A stretch of 58,171 bases of DNA from Kiritimatiellia bacterium. Its GTDB lineage: Bacteria; Verrucomicrobiota; Kiritimatiellia; PWTM01. Under the pieces are notes generated by a model. It was not told the DNA's origin and searched no databases. It was given only the letters and a program-made list of their open reading frames with translations. Below are positions 49,005 through 58,171 of this stretch, piece by piece. Each line of letters begins with the position of its first letter. Positions within the stretch are counted from its first letter, which is position 1. The translations under genes were made by a program, and so were the position numbers. The DNA is taken from positions 1-58,171 of the forward strand of contig JAGOHE010000001.1 of the NCBI GenBank assembly GCA_017996315.1, read 5' to 3'.

Positions 49005-49050
49005 TTCCAAGAATTGGAAATCTGCGACAGGGATTTTCCAAGGGTTGGAA
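49005..49050. repeat. Pair of perfect 7-3-7 palindromes TTTCCAA-N3-TTGGAAA, 31 bp apart
   Basis: TTTCCAA-GAA-TTGGAAA (49004-49020) and TTTCCAA-GGG-TTGGAAA (49035-49051). Located in the 133-bp gap between the RhuM/Doc gene stop and the RNase HI gene start. Confidence 0.75.
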
Positions 49051-49054
49051 ACTC

Positions 49055-50074
49055 TCATGTGTTGTGCCGGTCGATGAGGTTGACGAGGACGCGGGTGAGG
49101 ACGTTCTTCTCCGCCGGCCGGCTTTCGGCGATGAGCAGGGTCATGGAAACGAGCGCGTTGTCGGCGATGCGCTTGGTGCCATCGCCGCGGTAGAGCACGC
49201 GGTTCTTTTCGAGGAACCACAGGAAGAGCGCGGCGGCGATCCGCTTGTTGCCGTCCACGAACGGGTGGTTCTTGACGAGGAAGTAGAGCAGGTGCGCGGC
49301 CTTGTCCTCGAGGCTCGGGTACGCATCCCGCCCGCCGACCGACTGCATCACGGCGGCGAGGGAGGCGCGCAGGCCTTCGTCTTTTTCGCGGCCGAACAGC
49401 GGCGGGGCGTTGAACTTCTCGCGCAGCCGTCCGACGGCATCGAGCGCTTCCTCGTAACCGACGGCGGCCGCCGCGCCGGGCGTCGTCTCGCCAGCGGTGA
49501 GACGCTGATGATCGTAGTCGTCCAGCAGGTCCAACGCCCGGCCGTAATCGGCGACGACCCGGAGCAGGCCAGTCGCCTCGTCACCCGTCAGCGCGCGACG
49601 GCCCGCCACATCCGCCACGAGGCGAACGGCCTGGTTGAGTTCCTTCAGCCGGCGCTGGTGAACCGTGTAGCCCTTGAGGATGTGGTCGCGCAGGACGCCC
49701 GTGGCCCAGATGCGGAACTGGGTGCCGCGCTTGGAGTTGACTCGGTAGCCGACGGAGATGATGGCGTCGAGGTTGAAGTGCTCAACCTTATAGGTTTTTC
49801 CGTCGGTGGCAGTATGTGCAAAAAATGCACCAACTGAATCCCGCTTTAACTCCCCGGACTGAAAGATGTTGCGAAGATGCTTTGTGATAACGCTCCGCTC
49901 GGTCTTGAAAAGCTCGGATAGCTGTTTCTGGGTCAACCAGATCGTCTCTCGTTCCAGTCGGACGTCCAGGCTGGCGGCCCCATCCGGGGCGCGATAGATA
50001 ATGACCTCTCCGCCCGGTGCGCCGTAGGACGCAGGCGGCTCGGTCACATGCGGAATGCGTCGCCGGGATTTCAT
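49055..50074 (-). CDS. RhuM-family protein with a Doc-type Fic motif (HPFVDGNKR)
   Basis: 339-aa ORF. RhuM N-terminal pattern EVIIYRAPDGAASLDVRLERETIWLTQKQLSELF...DAIISVGYRVNSKRGTQFRIWAT. C-terminal Fic/Doc motif KNHPFVDGNKRIAAALFLWFL. Confidence 0.8.
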   Translation of the reverse strand: MKSRRRIPHVTEPPASYGAPGGEVIIYRAPDGAASLDVRLERETIWLTQKQLSELFKTERSVITKHLRNIFQSGELKRDSVGAFFAHTATDGKTYKVEHFNLDAIISVGYRVNSKRGTQFRIWATGVLRDHILKGYTVHQRRLKELNQAVRLVADVAGRRALTGDEATGLLRVVADYGRALDLLDDYDHQRLTAGETTPGAAAAVGYEEALDAVGRLREKFNAPPLFGREKDEGLRASLAAVMQSVGGRDAYPSLEDKAAHLLYFLVKNHPFVDGNKRIAAALFLWFLEKNRVLYRGDGTKRIADNALVSMTLLIAESRPAEKNVLTRVLVNLIDRHNT

Positions 50075-50499
50075 GGCTCCGCGGGGCTCCAGTTCGAGCG
50101 GTTCTGCTGGGCGATGAAGGGTCTGAAAGTCTCATGGGACGAATCCTTGTTGGCGCCCAGTTTCCGCACGAAGTGCGCCTCGCGCGAGTTCTTGTCCCAG
50201 AGCGGGTGGCGGCCGGCGCGCAGGAAGTCGCGGTAGTCTTCAAGCAGTTCCTCGAGGCTTGCCCGGGCTACGTTCACGAGCTTGAGCTCCGTTTCCTTGG
50301 ACGTGCCGGAGGCCTGGCTGTCTTCGTGGATGTTCTGCTTGCCCGACCGCGCCGCCTGGATCATCTGGTCGAGCGTGCGCGAGCGCTTGTCCACAAAGCA
50401 GTCGCAGAAGGCGGCGGTGGCATCATAAACAATCCGGGCCTTCCGGAAGGCCAGGAGGTTCTCATAGCCGCCATGAGGTGGGATGAAGCCTTTATTCAC
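50071..50499 (-). CDS. four-helix-bundle protein (family formerly called 23S rRNA intervening-sequence protein)
   Basis: 142-aa ORF. YENLLAFRKARIVYDATAAFCDCF...QMIQAARSGKQNIHEDSQASGTSKETELKLVNVARASLEELLEDYRDFL. Its stop overlaps the RhuM/Doc start (ATGA). Confidence 0.6.
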   Translation of the reverse strand: MNKGFIPPHGGYENLLAFRKARIVYDATAAFCDCFVDKRSRTLDQMIQAARSGKQNIHEDSQASGTSKETELKLVNVARASLEELLEDYRDFLRAGRHPLWDKNSREAHFVRKLGANKDSSHETFRPFIAQQNRSNWSPAEP

Positions 50500-50920
50500 G
50501 GGGAAAGCCTCCAGATGTAGGTCCTATGTGACCTATGGGCCTCATGTTTTCCACCGCAATTTCTGAATCTACTCTTGGGAACGATCTGCGTTCGGCATGT
50601 GTCCGCTTCGTTCATCGCCTCCCCGCGCCCGATTCACATGGGCGATTGGCCCTCCGGGTTTCCGCCCCGGATTGCGACGGCAGTATGGCACGCGAATCGG
50701 CGGACGACAATCTACCTTGATCGGACGCGGATCCTCCAAACACGCATGAAGGCTCAGGCGGATCCAACGCCAGCGGAACTTGATGTCGCGGCGATCAAGG
50801 CCAGCGGGCGCCGGGGCGAAAGGAAGCCGCAGTTCCTGATTCCAGGCGCTGCGGCTTCCACGACAAGCAATCTTCCGCCTCAAACTCTCCGGCGCAAACG
50901 GAGATCTCCACTCGCGCCAT

Positions 50921-53071
50921 CTATTCCCGGGCCGGCGCGGGCGCGGGTCCAAGGGCTTGGGCGGCGCGCACGAGCTTTAGAAATTCGGCGCGATAACCGA
51001 ACGGATCCGTCCCTACGGCCGGACCGGCAAGGGACAAAATCCGATCGTAGGAATAGTCTCGGATGTGCGGGCTCCCGCGCAGCCGTTGTCCGAACGCCGC
51101 GACGGCGGCGGCAAAGCGGAAGTCCGGCGAGGGATCGCCCTTGACCACCGCGTCGGCGGCGAGCGGGAATTCCAGCTTGCGCGAGGTATCCCCGTCCGGC
51201 TGCTTGTAGCGCAGCTTCACCGTCAACAACTCCGGGCGCGTCGCGTATGGCATTTCCTGCGCCGCGGGCAGGATAATCTCGGGCGGCGAGTACTTCAGCG
51301 GATCCACCGCGGGCGCGTCGCCCACCGGACGCCCCGCCGCGATCAGTTCATAAAACGCGGTCACCGTATGCCCGGCGCCGATATCGCCCGCATCAACCTG
51401 GTCGTTGTTGAAGTCTTCTTTCTGCAGGAGCCGGTTTTCATACCCGATCAACCGGTAGCCGGCGACCTGCGCGGGATTGAACTCGACCTGGATCTTCACG
51501 TCCTTGGCGATCGTCACGAGCGTGCCCATCATCTGGTCCACGAGCGCCTTGCGGGCCTCGTTGAAGTCGTCAATATAGGCATAATTCCCGTTGCCCCGGT
51601 TCGAAAGCAGCTCGAGCGTGGAGTCTTTGTAATTGCCCATGCCGAATCCGAGCACGGTCAGGAACACACCGGATTTTGCTTCCTCTTCGATCAGCCGTTC
51701 GAGATCGCCGCGCTGCGTGAGGCCGACGTTGAAATCGCCGTCGGTGCAGAGAATCACCCGGTTAACCGCGTTCCGGTCGAAGTTTTCCCGGGCCACCCGG
51801 TAGGCCAACTGGATCCCGCTGCCGCCCGCGGTGCTGCCGCCGGCCTCCAGCCGATCCAGCGCTTCGATAATTTCCGTCGTGCGCGCGCCGCTCGTCGCCG
51901 GCAACACCAACCCGCTGGAACCGGCGTAGACCACCATGGCAATCCGGTCGCGTTCGCCGAGTTGCCGGGCCAGCAGTTGCAGGGCGCGTTGGACGAGCGG
52001 CAGTTTGTTCTCGGGCGACATGGAGCCGGAGACGTCAATCAGGTACACCAGATTCAGCGCGGGCCGGCTCGCGGGCGCAATTTCGCGGCCCTTGATCGCG
52101 ATCCGGACCAGCGTGTTCTCAGGATTCCACGGCGCAGGCGCGGCTTCCAGGTGCGCGGCAAACGGGGTTTCGTCCGCCGGCGGCGCGTACGCGTACGGAA
52201 AGTAGTTGATCAGCTCTTCCACACGCACCGCATCCGGAGGCGGCAGACGGCCTTCATTCAAGAACCGGCGGATCACGGCATACGACGCTGTGTCGACATC
52301 CACCGAAAAGGTCGAGAGGGGATGATCCGTTACGCGAATGAACTTCTGGTCCATGCGTTCCGCAAAGTCATCCAAACTCGGACTCAATATTGGCTGACCT
52401 TTACTCTCCTCTTCCGACTTCTCCCGTTCTCTGAAATCGGCATCCACAATCTCTCCATGCCAATTGGCTCTTAACTCAGAACGCGCATCGCGGGTCCGGG
52501 TCAGGGATCTCTTAAGAACAGCCGACGGCGCCAACGACGGCGCTGGGCGCGCCTCCGCTGGCAAGCGCTCGGGCAGGGGTTGAGATTGCGGCTTCGGCGG
52601 TTCGACAGGCGCCGCGAACGCCTCGATCTTATCCGTCACGGCATAACCGGAGACGCTTTCATCCTGAGCGATACGTTCCGGCGCCGATGGAGCGTTGACC
52701 ATGAGCACAGCCACGTCTTCGACACCCCGGCTTGGCGCGGGGGTTTCATAATGGCGCAGGTTAAAGAAGGTCAGCATCGCCGCCGCCACGGTGCCCAGCG
52801 CGGGCAGGCTCCACCACAGCTTCCGCCGGGACGGCCGGTTGGATTCGCGGCTGGCCCGCCGGATCGCTTCGCGACGGCCGGTGTCGAGCGTCAGCCCGGA
52901 TTCGCGCGCCAGTTCGCGGGTGATCAGTTCCGCGGCGCTTCTGATTTCCTCCACCTCGCGGCGAAGTTCGGGATGTGCGTTCAGTTCGCGTTCGACCGCG
53001 GCCCGTTCGGCCGGGTCAAGCTCGTTCAACGCATAGGCGGTCAGACGGACATTATCGGTGTCGGTGTTCAT
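50921..53071 (-). CDS. anti-sigma-factor-like N-terminus + TM + von Willebrand factor A (YfbK-like) protein
   Basis: ORF 50921..53410; likely start is the ATG at 53071, 2 nt after the sigma gene stop (MNTDTDNVRLTAYALNELDPAERAAVERELNAHPELRREVEEIR). TM WWSLPALGTVAAAMLTFF. PLSTFSVDVDTASYAVIRRFL and the VWA MIDAS site LVYLIDVSGSMS. Confidence 0.8.
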   Translation of the reverse strand: MNTDTDNVRLTAYALNELDPAERAAVERELNAHPELRREVEEIRSAAELITRELARESGLTLDTGRREAIRRASRESNRPSRRKLWWSLPALGTVAAAMLTFFNLRHYETPAPSRGVEDVAVLMVNAPSAPERIAQDESVSGYAVTDKIEAFAAPVEPPKPQSQPLPERLPAEARPAPSLAPSAVLKRSLTRTRDARSELRANWHGEIVDADFREREKSEEESKGQPILSPSLDDFAERMDQKFIRVTDHPLSTFSVDVDTASYAVIRRFLNEGRLPPPDAVRVEELINYFPYAYAPPADETPFAAHLEAAPAPWNPENTLVRIAIKGREIAPASRPALNLVYLIDVSGSMSPENKLPLVQRALQLLARQLGERDRIAMVVYAGSSGLVLPATSGARTTEIIEALDRLEAGGSTAGGSGIQLAYRVARENFDRNAVNRVILCTDGDFNVGLTQRGDLERLIEEEAKSGVFLTVLGFGMGNYKDSTLELLSNRGNGNYAYIDDFNEARKALVDQMMGTLVTIAKDVKIQVEFNPAQVAGYRLIGYENRLLQKEDFNNDQVDAGDIGAGHTVTAFYELIAAGRPVGDAPAVDPLKYSPPEIILPAAQEMPYATRPELLTVKLRYKQPDGDTSRKLEFPLAADAVVKGDPSPDFRFAAAVAAFGQRLRGSPHIRDYSYDRILSLAGPAVGTDPFGYRAEFLKLVRAAQALGPAPAPARE

Positions 53072-53073
53072 GA

Positions 53074-53583
53074 TCAGGCTCCTTGCAGGGCGTGCATCCG
53101 GGCGCGGAGGGCTTTGATGCCCACATGGATGAGAAAGCCCACGTTGCTTTCGGATATGCGCATGACGTGGGCGATTTCGCGGTAGCTCAGGCTTTGCTGG
53201 AACTTCAGCCGGATGGCCTCGGCCTGCCGTTCCGGGATGGTCCGCAGCAGACGCGGCACCAGCGCCTCGGTGTCGGCCTGCATGACCGCATCGGCGGGCG
53301 AAGGTTCCGGAGCGGCGATCCGCTCCGTATCGAGGGGGGTCAAGGGTTGCACGGGTTTGTCCTTCCGTTTCATATCGATCACCCGCGACCGGCAGACCCG
53401 AAACAGCCACGCGGCTTCATGGCCTTCGATCCGTGAGCGTTTCACCTGGCACAAGCGCAGGAACGTTTCCTGCACCGCGTCCTGAGCCTGGCTGACCGAG
53501 CCGGCCAGGCTGAATGCGTATCGCCCCAGCGGACGTTCGTACTGTTCCACCAGCGCTTCAATCCATTCCGCGTTTTCGCTCAC
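53074..53583 (-). CDS. ECF-type RNA polymerase sigma-70 family factor
   Basis: 169-aa ORF. Region 2 (YERPLGRYAFSLAGSVSQAQDAVQETFLRL) and region 4 HTH (LSYREIAHVMRISESNVGFLIHVGIKALR). Confidence 0.88.
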   Translation of the reverse strand: MSENAEWIEALVEQYERPLGRYAFSLAGSVSQAQDAVQETFLRLCQVKRSRIEGHEAAWLFRVCRSRVIDMKRKDKPVQPLTPLDTERIAAPEPSPADAVMQADTEALVPRLLRTIPERQAEAIRLKFQQSLSYREIAHVMRISESNVGFLIHVGIKALRARMHALQGA

Positions 53584-53880
53584 AATCCGGCCTCCTTCGG
53601 ATGCCTGCCTTCACCATGACTACGATCCGCGCGGGAGTTTATTAGGATCCTCCCCTCATCCCTCCGGAATCCATGGTCGTTGCGATGGAAATTCCGCCGG
53701 AATTCCATCCTGGCGGATCCAGTGCGCGATATCGGGGCCGATCTCCGGAACCGAGACACGGTCTGGTTTACCGAAGGAGGCCATGGCGTCCCCCGTTCCC
53801 GTTCACGCATTGCCCGGATTCTGTGAACGGGCGCGGGACCGGAAACGAGGGTCAGGTGCCCCGCGCCTTCCGAGATTCGG

Positions 53881-54600
53881 CTAGGGATTCGGTTCCTCGG
53901 CGGGGGGTTCCGGGGGCGCCTCCGGCGCGGCGAGACGCCAGGCGGAGGCGCCGGAACGGGTGAGCGCGATGGCCGTGGCCTCGACGCTGGCGCCCAGCAT
54001 CTGTTTCCTTCTCAGTTCGATGCCCTTGTTGTCCCCCAGCACCCGCTCCCCGCTTCCGCCGGGCACGGGAATCCAGCCGAAGGGCAGGATGGACATCCAG
54101 AAGGTCTCATGGCGGGTGAAGGACACCGGAGCGGAGGTCATCGCATTTTCCGCCCCGGCGGGGATGGTGACTTCCACGTCATAACCCGTCTTTGTCTCCG
54201 AGCGCAGAGGAAGAATGGTCAGCGTGAGACAAGACACGCATCCCTCCATCCCCATGGAATCCTCATGGGAGGACCGGGTGATCTTCACCTGCGCCGGCAC
54301 CGCATCCGGCGATGTCGAGAACACATCCGGTCGCGTGCGCGCCGATTCGGCGTTCAGCAGCTTCGTAAGTTCGTCGCGGCCGATGTCGTACACGCCGAAG
54401 TCGATCAATCCCTCATCGGCGGCATTGGTGGAGATCATCAACTCCGCGGACTCGATGAAATAGCGCGGCTGCCCCGTGCGGTCCGCCGGTGTGCCCGGCT
54501 TGAGCGTATTGTCGATCCGATAGGACGTGCACCCGGCGCCCGTCGCCAACAGGAATCCCAGGAGCAGAAGAGCGTCATATGAACGGCGAATCATACTCAT
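53881..54600 (-). CDS. lipoprotein, function unknown
   Basis: ORF 53881..54777; likely start is the ATG at 54600 (MSMIRRSYDALLLLGFLLATGAGC lipobox). High GC3. No recognisable catalytic motif. Confidence 0.55.
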   Translation of the reverse strand: MSMIRRSYDALLLLGFLLATGAGCTSYRIDNTLKPGTPADRTGQPRYFIESAELMISTNAADEGLIDFGVYDIGRDELTKLLNAESARTRPDVFSTSPDAVPAQVKITRSSHEDSMGMEGCVSCLTLTILPLRSETKTGYDVEVTIPAGAENAMTSAPVSFTRHETFWMSILPFGWIPVPGGSGERVLGDNKGIELRRKQMLGASVEATAIALTRSGASAWRLAAPEAPPEPPAEEPNP

Positions 54601-54896
54601 GATCCATCTCCTGGAGGTTCGGCTCCCCCTCGGCCGGCCGCACCCCGCCCGGTTTGGTGGAGCGCCTGACCGACCAGCCTTCTGCCGGGATGCTGAGTCA
54701 ACCGGCCGGCCAATGCAAGGAAACAAACCGCTGATTCCGGGACCGACGCATCCCCATGGGGCCCCGGGGCCGTCCACGGCCGGACCGGCGCATCGGCACA
54801 GTCACCGGGGACGCGGTCCCTCGTTACCCGCGTCCCTGCGCCACCACCGGGTCGGCATTGCGATTTCGAGGCCCTTCGCCTACGATAGAGGGTCAC

Positions 54897-57800
54897 ATGA
54901 GCCAAGCTGAGGATACACTGGAACCATCCCCCGCGGATGCGGCCCCTTCGTCCCCTTCCCCGCGGTTTTTCCGCCGGGTGGATTGGGCGGCCTGCTGCAC
55001 GGTGCTGGCGGTGGCGCTGGGGGTCTATACCTTCACGCTCGCCCCCACAGTCACGCTCGAGGACGCCGGGGAACTGATTGTCGCCGCCGACTATCTCGGC
55101 GTCCCCCACCCTCCCGGGTACCCGATCTGGACACTGGGCGCGTGGCTGTTTCAGCGATTGTTCGGGTTCATGACGTTCCATGGCCATCCGAATCCCGCGT
55201 GGGGCGTGAATTTCTTCTCGGCCTTCTGCGGCGCGTCCGCTTGCGCACTGCTCGCGCTGCTCGTCAGCCGCGGCGGGGCGGATCTGCTGCGCCGCATTCC
55301 GAGGTTCGATGCCGGGCTGGGCGCCCGGACCGAATCGCTGTTCTGCTGGACCGGCGGAGTGGCGGCGGGCCTGCTGCTCGCGTTCAGCCCGGTGTTGTGG
55401 AGCCAGTCCACCATCGCCGAGGTGTACAGCCTCAATACCCTCTTCCAGGTGCTGGTGATGGTGCTGCTCTACCGCTGGATGGCCCGACCCCGGTCCGTCG
55501 TTCCACTCTATGCCATGGCGTTCGTGTTCGGATTGGGCCTGACCAATCACCAGACGCTGCTCTTCCTGGGAATCGCGCTGGGCGCGGCGGTGCTGGTGTG
55601 CGACCGCGAGCTGTTCCGCGATTTCGTGGTCGCCGTCGGCGCCCTGCTGGCCATCGTGATCACCAACGGCCTGCTGTACCGGCTGGCCGAAGCGGGCCGC
55701 ACGGAACTGCGGCCGCTGCTGTGGGTCGAGGGACCGGCCGCGCCGGGATTCTGGATCTCCACCGTGCTGTTTCTTGCCATCCCTCTCGCGGCGATATTCT
55801 GGCTCCCCCGGGGGCGCACGGTGGGCATCACAATCCTGATGGGGATGCTCGGCCTGGCGTTTTACGCCTACATGCCCCTGGCCTCCGAACAGAATCCCCC
55901 CATGAATTGGGGCTATGCCCGCACCTGGGAGGGATTCGTCCACGCCATCAGCCGCGGGCAATACGAGCAGGTCACCCCGGCGAACATCTTCTCCGCCACT
56001 TTCATCACGCAGTGTTTCGGCTATCTGACCAATCTGCGCCAGCAGTTTTCGCTGCCGGTGCTGCTGTTCGGGTTTCTCCCCTTCACGCTCTGGGAACTGG
56101 GCCGCGGCGAGCGGCGGTTCCGCATGGGCGGCGTCGCGCTCGTGCTCGTGGGCGCCGCGATCGCGCTGGTCGTCGCGGAAGCCATGTTCGTCGGCAACGG
56201 CGATGGCGCCGCTCCCGCGGTCATTGTGACCGCCTACAAGGCCGTCTCGGGACTCCTCATCGCCGCCGCATTCGTTGGCATGGCGCTGCTGGCCATCGAC
56301 GGCATCCGGCGGCTGCTGGATATGTTCCGCCAGGAAGGCGCCTACAACGCCGTCATCTCCGGCGCCCTGCTCGCGCTGCTGGTCGCGGTGGCCTCATATG
56401 TGCTGTTCATGACCTTCCGCCACATCGCCATCGCCGAAGACCTCGCGCTTCCCAATAAAATCATGGCCATGTCGGTGGCGCTGATGATCCCGCTGGGGCT
56501 CATCGGGCTGGCCTGGCTGCGCGCCGAGCCGGGCACCCCCATCCGCCTGGAGGCCGACGCGGACAGCGCAGCGTGGCTGTTCACCACCTGGCTGGGCTTC
56601 CTGTCGCTTAGTTTCATGTTCATCATCGTGCTCAATCCGGAGCTCGACGCGCAGACGGTGTTCATCCAGCGCGTGCAGTTCATCCCCTCGCACGCGATCT
56701 TCGCCCTCTGGATCGGCGCGGGCGCGATTCTCGTGCTGGCTCTCGCCGAACGTCTGGTGCGCGCCCTGCCCGGGGCGCGATGGGCGCTGGCGTTGACCCT
56801 GCTGATCCTGCTGCCCGGGGTGCCGCTGTGGAAAAACGCCTGCGACCCCTACATCGTCTCGGCCTTCGGCGGCGCCGAACAGCACGGGCATCATTTCGGC
56901 TGGTACTTCGGAAACTGGTCCCTGCGCGGCGTCGAAGGCATCCGCGAGGATCTCGAACACGAGCTCGACGCGGAGGAATTCCGTCGCGCGTGGGCGTCGT
57001 ATCCCGATCCCTCCTACCCGCCGGCGATGACCCCCAACGCCATCTTCTTCGGCGGCACCGATCCCGGGCGATTCGTGCCGACCTATATGATCTACTCCGC
57101 CCTCGTGCGGCCCGATGTGTTCCTGATCACCCAGAACGCGCTGGCCGACACCACCTACCTGAACGTCATGCGCGATCTCTACGGCGACCGCATTTTCATT
57201 CCTTCGATCGACAGTAACAATCGCGCGTTCGAACAGTACTACCGGGATATCGAGAGCGGCCGCACCTACGCCGGCGCCGATGTGGTCTCGTCGGGCGACC
57301 GCGTCAGCGTGCAGGGCGTGGGCGGGGTGATGCAGATCAACGCGATCCTTCTGCGCGAAATGTTCCTGCGTGACCGCCTGCGGCACGATTTCTATGTCGA
57401 GGAAAGCTACGCGGTCGATTGGATGAACGACTATCTCACCCCGCACGGCCTCATCATGAAACTCAACCGCGCGCCCACGCCCCTGACCGATGAGATGGCG
57501 CGGAAGGACCGGGCGTTCTGGGACTGGCTCAGCGAGCGCCTCATGAACGATCCGAAGTTCATCCGCGACGGCAATGCGCGCAGGAGTTTCTCCAAGCTGC
57601 GCACCTCCCTCGCCGGGCTGTACGCCTCCCGCGACCGGCCGGCCGACGCGGAATACGCCTTCGCCCAGGCGATCCGGTTTTATCCCATGAGCCCGGAGGC
57701 GGGATTCCGCCTCGCGGACCTCTACGTCACCACCCACCGCTTCGACCAGGCGCGGGAGATCGTGGCCGACATGCAGCGCGCCGATCCGGGCAACACGCGG

Positions 57801-58010
57801 CTGGGGCAATTCTTCCAATATATCGATAAGTATTCCAGCGCGATCCGGCGGCGGAGCGAGCTGGAAGAGATCAAAACCCGCACGTCGCTCACCGCCAAAC
57901 AGGCCGTGGAGCTGGGGTCGCTCTACCGCAATTTCCAGCAGAAGATCGAATTCGCCCATCTGCTGAACTACGCGCTGTCTCCCGACGCCCCGGCGCCGGG
58001 GCAGAATGAG
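54897..58010 (+). CDS. DUF2723/TMEM260-like membrane glycosyltransferase-family protein with a C-terminal TPR region; apparent +1 frame break near 57960
   Basis: Not in the supplied ORF track; read by hand. ATG at 54897 (an upstream in-frame ATG exists at 54756). LAPTVTLEDAGELIVAADYLGVPHPPGYPIWTLGAW, WSQSTIAEVYSLNTLF, PMNWGYARTWEGFVHAISRGQYE. This frame stops at 58008-58010, but TPR-like coding sequence continues in the +1 frame to the window end. Confidence 0.7.
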
Positions 58011-58171
58011 CTGCGCGCGTGGACGCTGCTCTGCGCGCAAATGCAGCGGGTGGATCTCGCGGAACGGGTTATGCGCCGTATCGTCGAGCTTGAACCGGAG
58101 AACTGGGAATCCTGGCTTGAACTCGGCGCCATCCTGACCGTGCTCGACCGTCCGCCCGAGGCGGTGGACGC

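Overview
Visibly GC-rich bacterial chromosome segment. The gene content (two formylglycine-type sulfatases, one with a PA14 domain; DUF2723/TPR membrane proteins; an ECF sigma with an anti-sigma-VWA partner) suggests a PVC-group organism such as Kiritimatiellia or Verrucomicrobia, but this is unverified. Left to right: GYF and LysM proteins, agmatine deiminase, sulfatase, a hybrid histidine kinase, an outer-membrane barrel, a TPR membrane protein and tRNA-Ala(GGC). Next come a 1284-codon MmeI-family type IIG restriction-modification gene and tRNA-Met. A tightly overlapping six-gene operon follows (zinc-ribbon membrane protein, ABC-2-like permease, three SPFH proteins, P1B-type ATPase). Then an MFS transporter, rhamnulokinase, sulfatase-PA14 and rsmE-dnaJ-grpE. 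A complete rRNA operon sits on the minus strand (16S, tRNA-Ala, tRNA-Ile, 23S, 5S). A minus-strand heme operon runs fur-hemA-hemCD-hemB-hemL-hemE-hemH-hemY plus two radical SAM genes. A small accessory islet holds RNase HI-zinc ribbon + GIY-YIG/RAMA and a four-helix-bundle protein + RhuM/Doc. The window ends with an ECF sigma/anti-sigma-VWA pair, a lipoprotein and a DUF2723 glycosyltransferase-like gene. The most unusual observation is that the R-M gene is colonised at five sites by 13 REP-type hairpin units and by a complete RAYT (Y1/HUH transposase) module with no start codon of its own, yet it remains one open frame with every enzyme motif in register. Second, a previously unannotated pair of TCCAA-N3-TTGGA palindromes with invariant 31-bp phasing occurs at three unrelated loci, one of them in frame inside hemCD. 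Other points: a heme cluster with HemY/HemH but no HemQ, plus an AhbD-like radical SAM/SPASM gene; HemC lacking its cofactor-binding domain; a +1 frame break in the last gene, which is missing from the supplied ORF track; and many long antisense ORFs that are GC artefacts.
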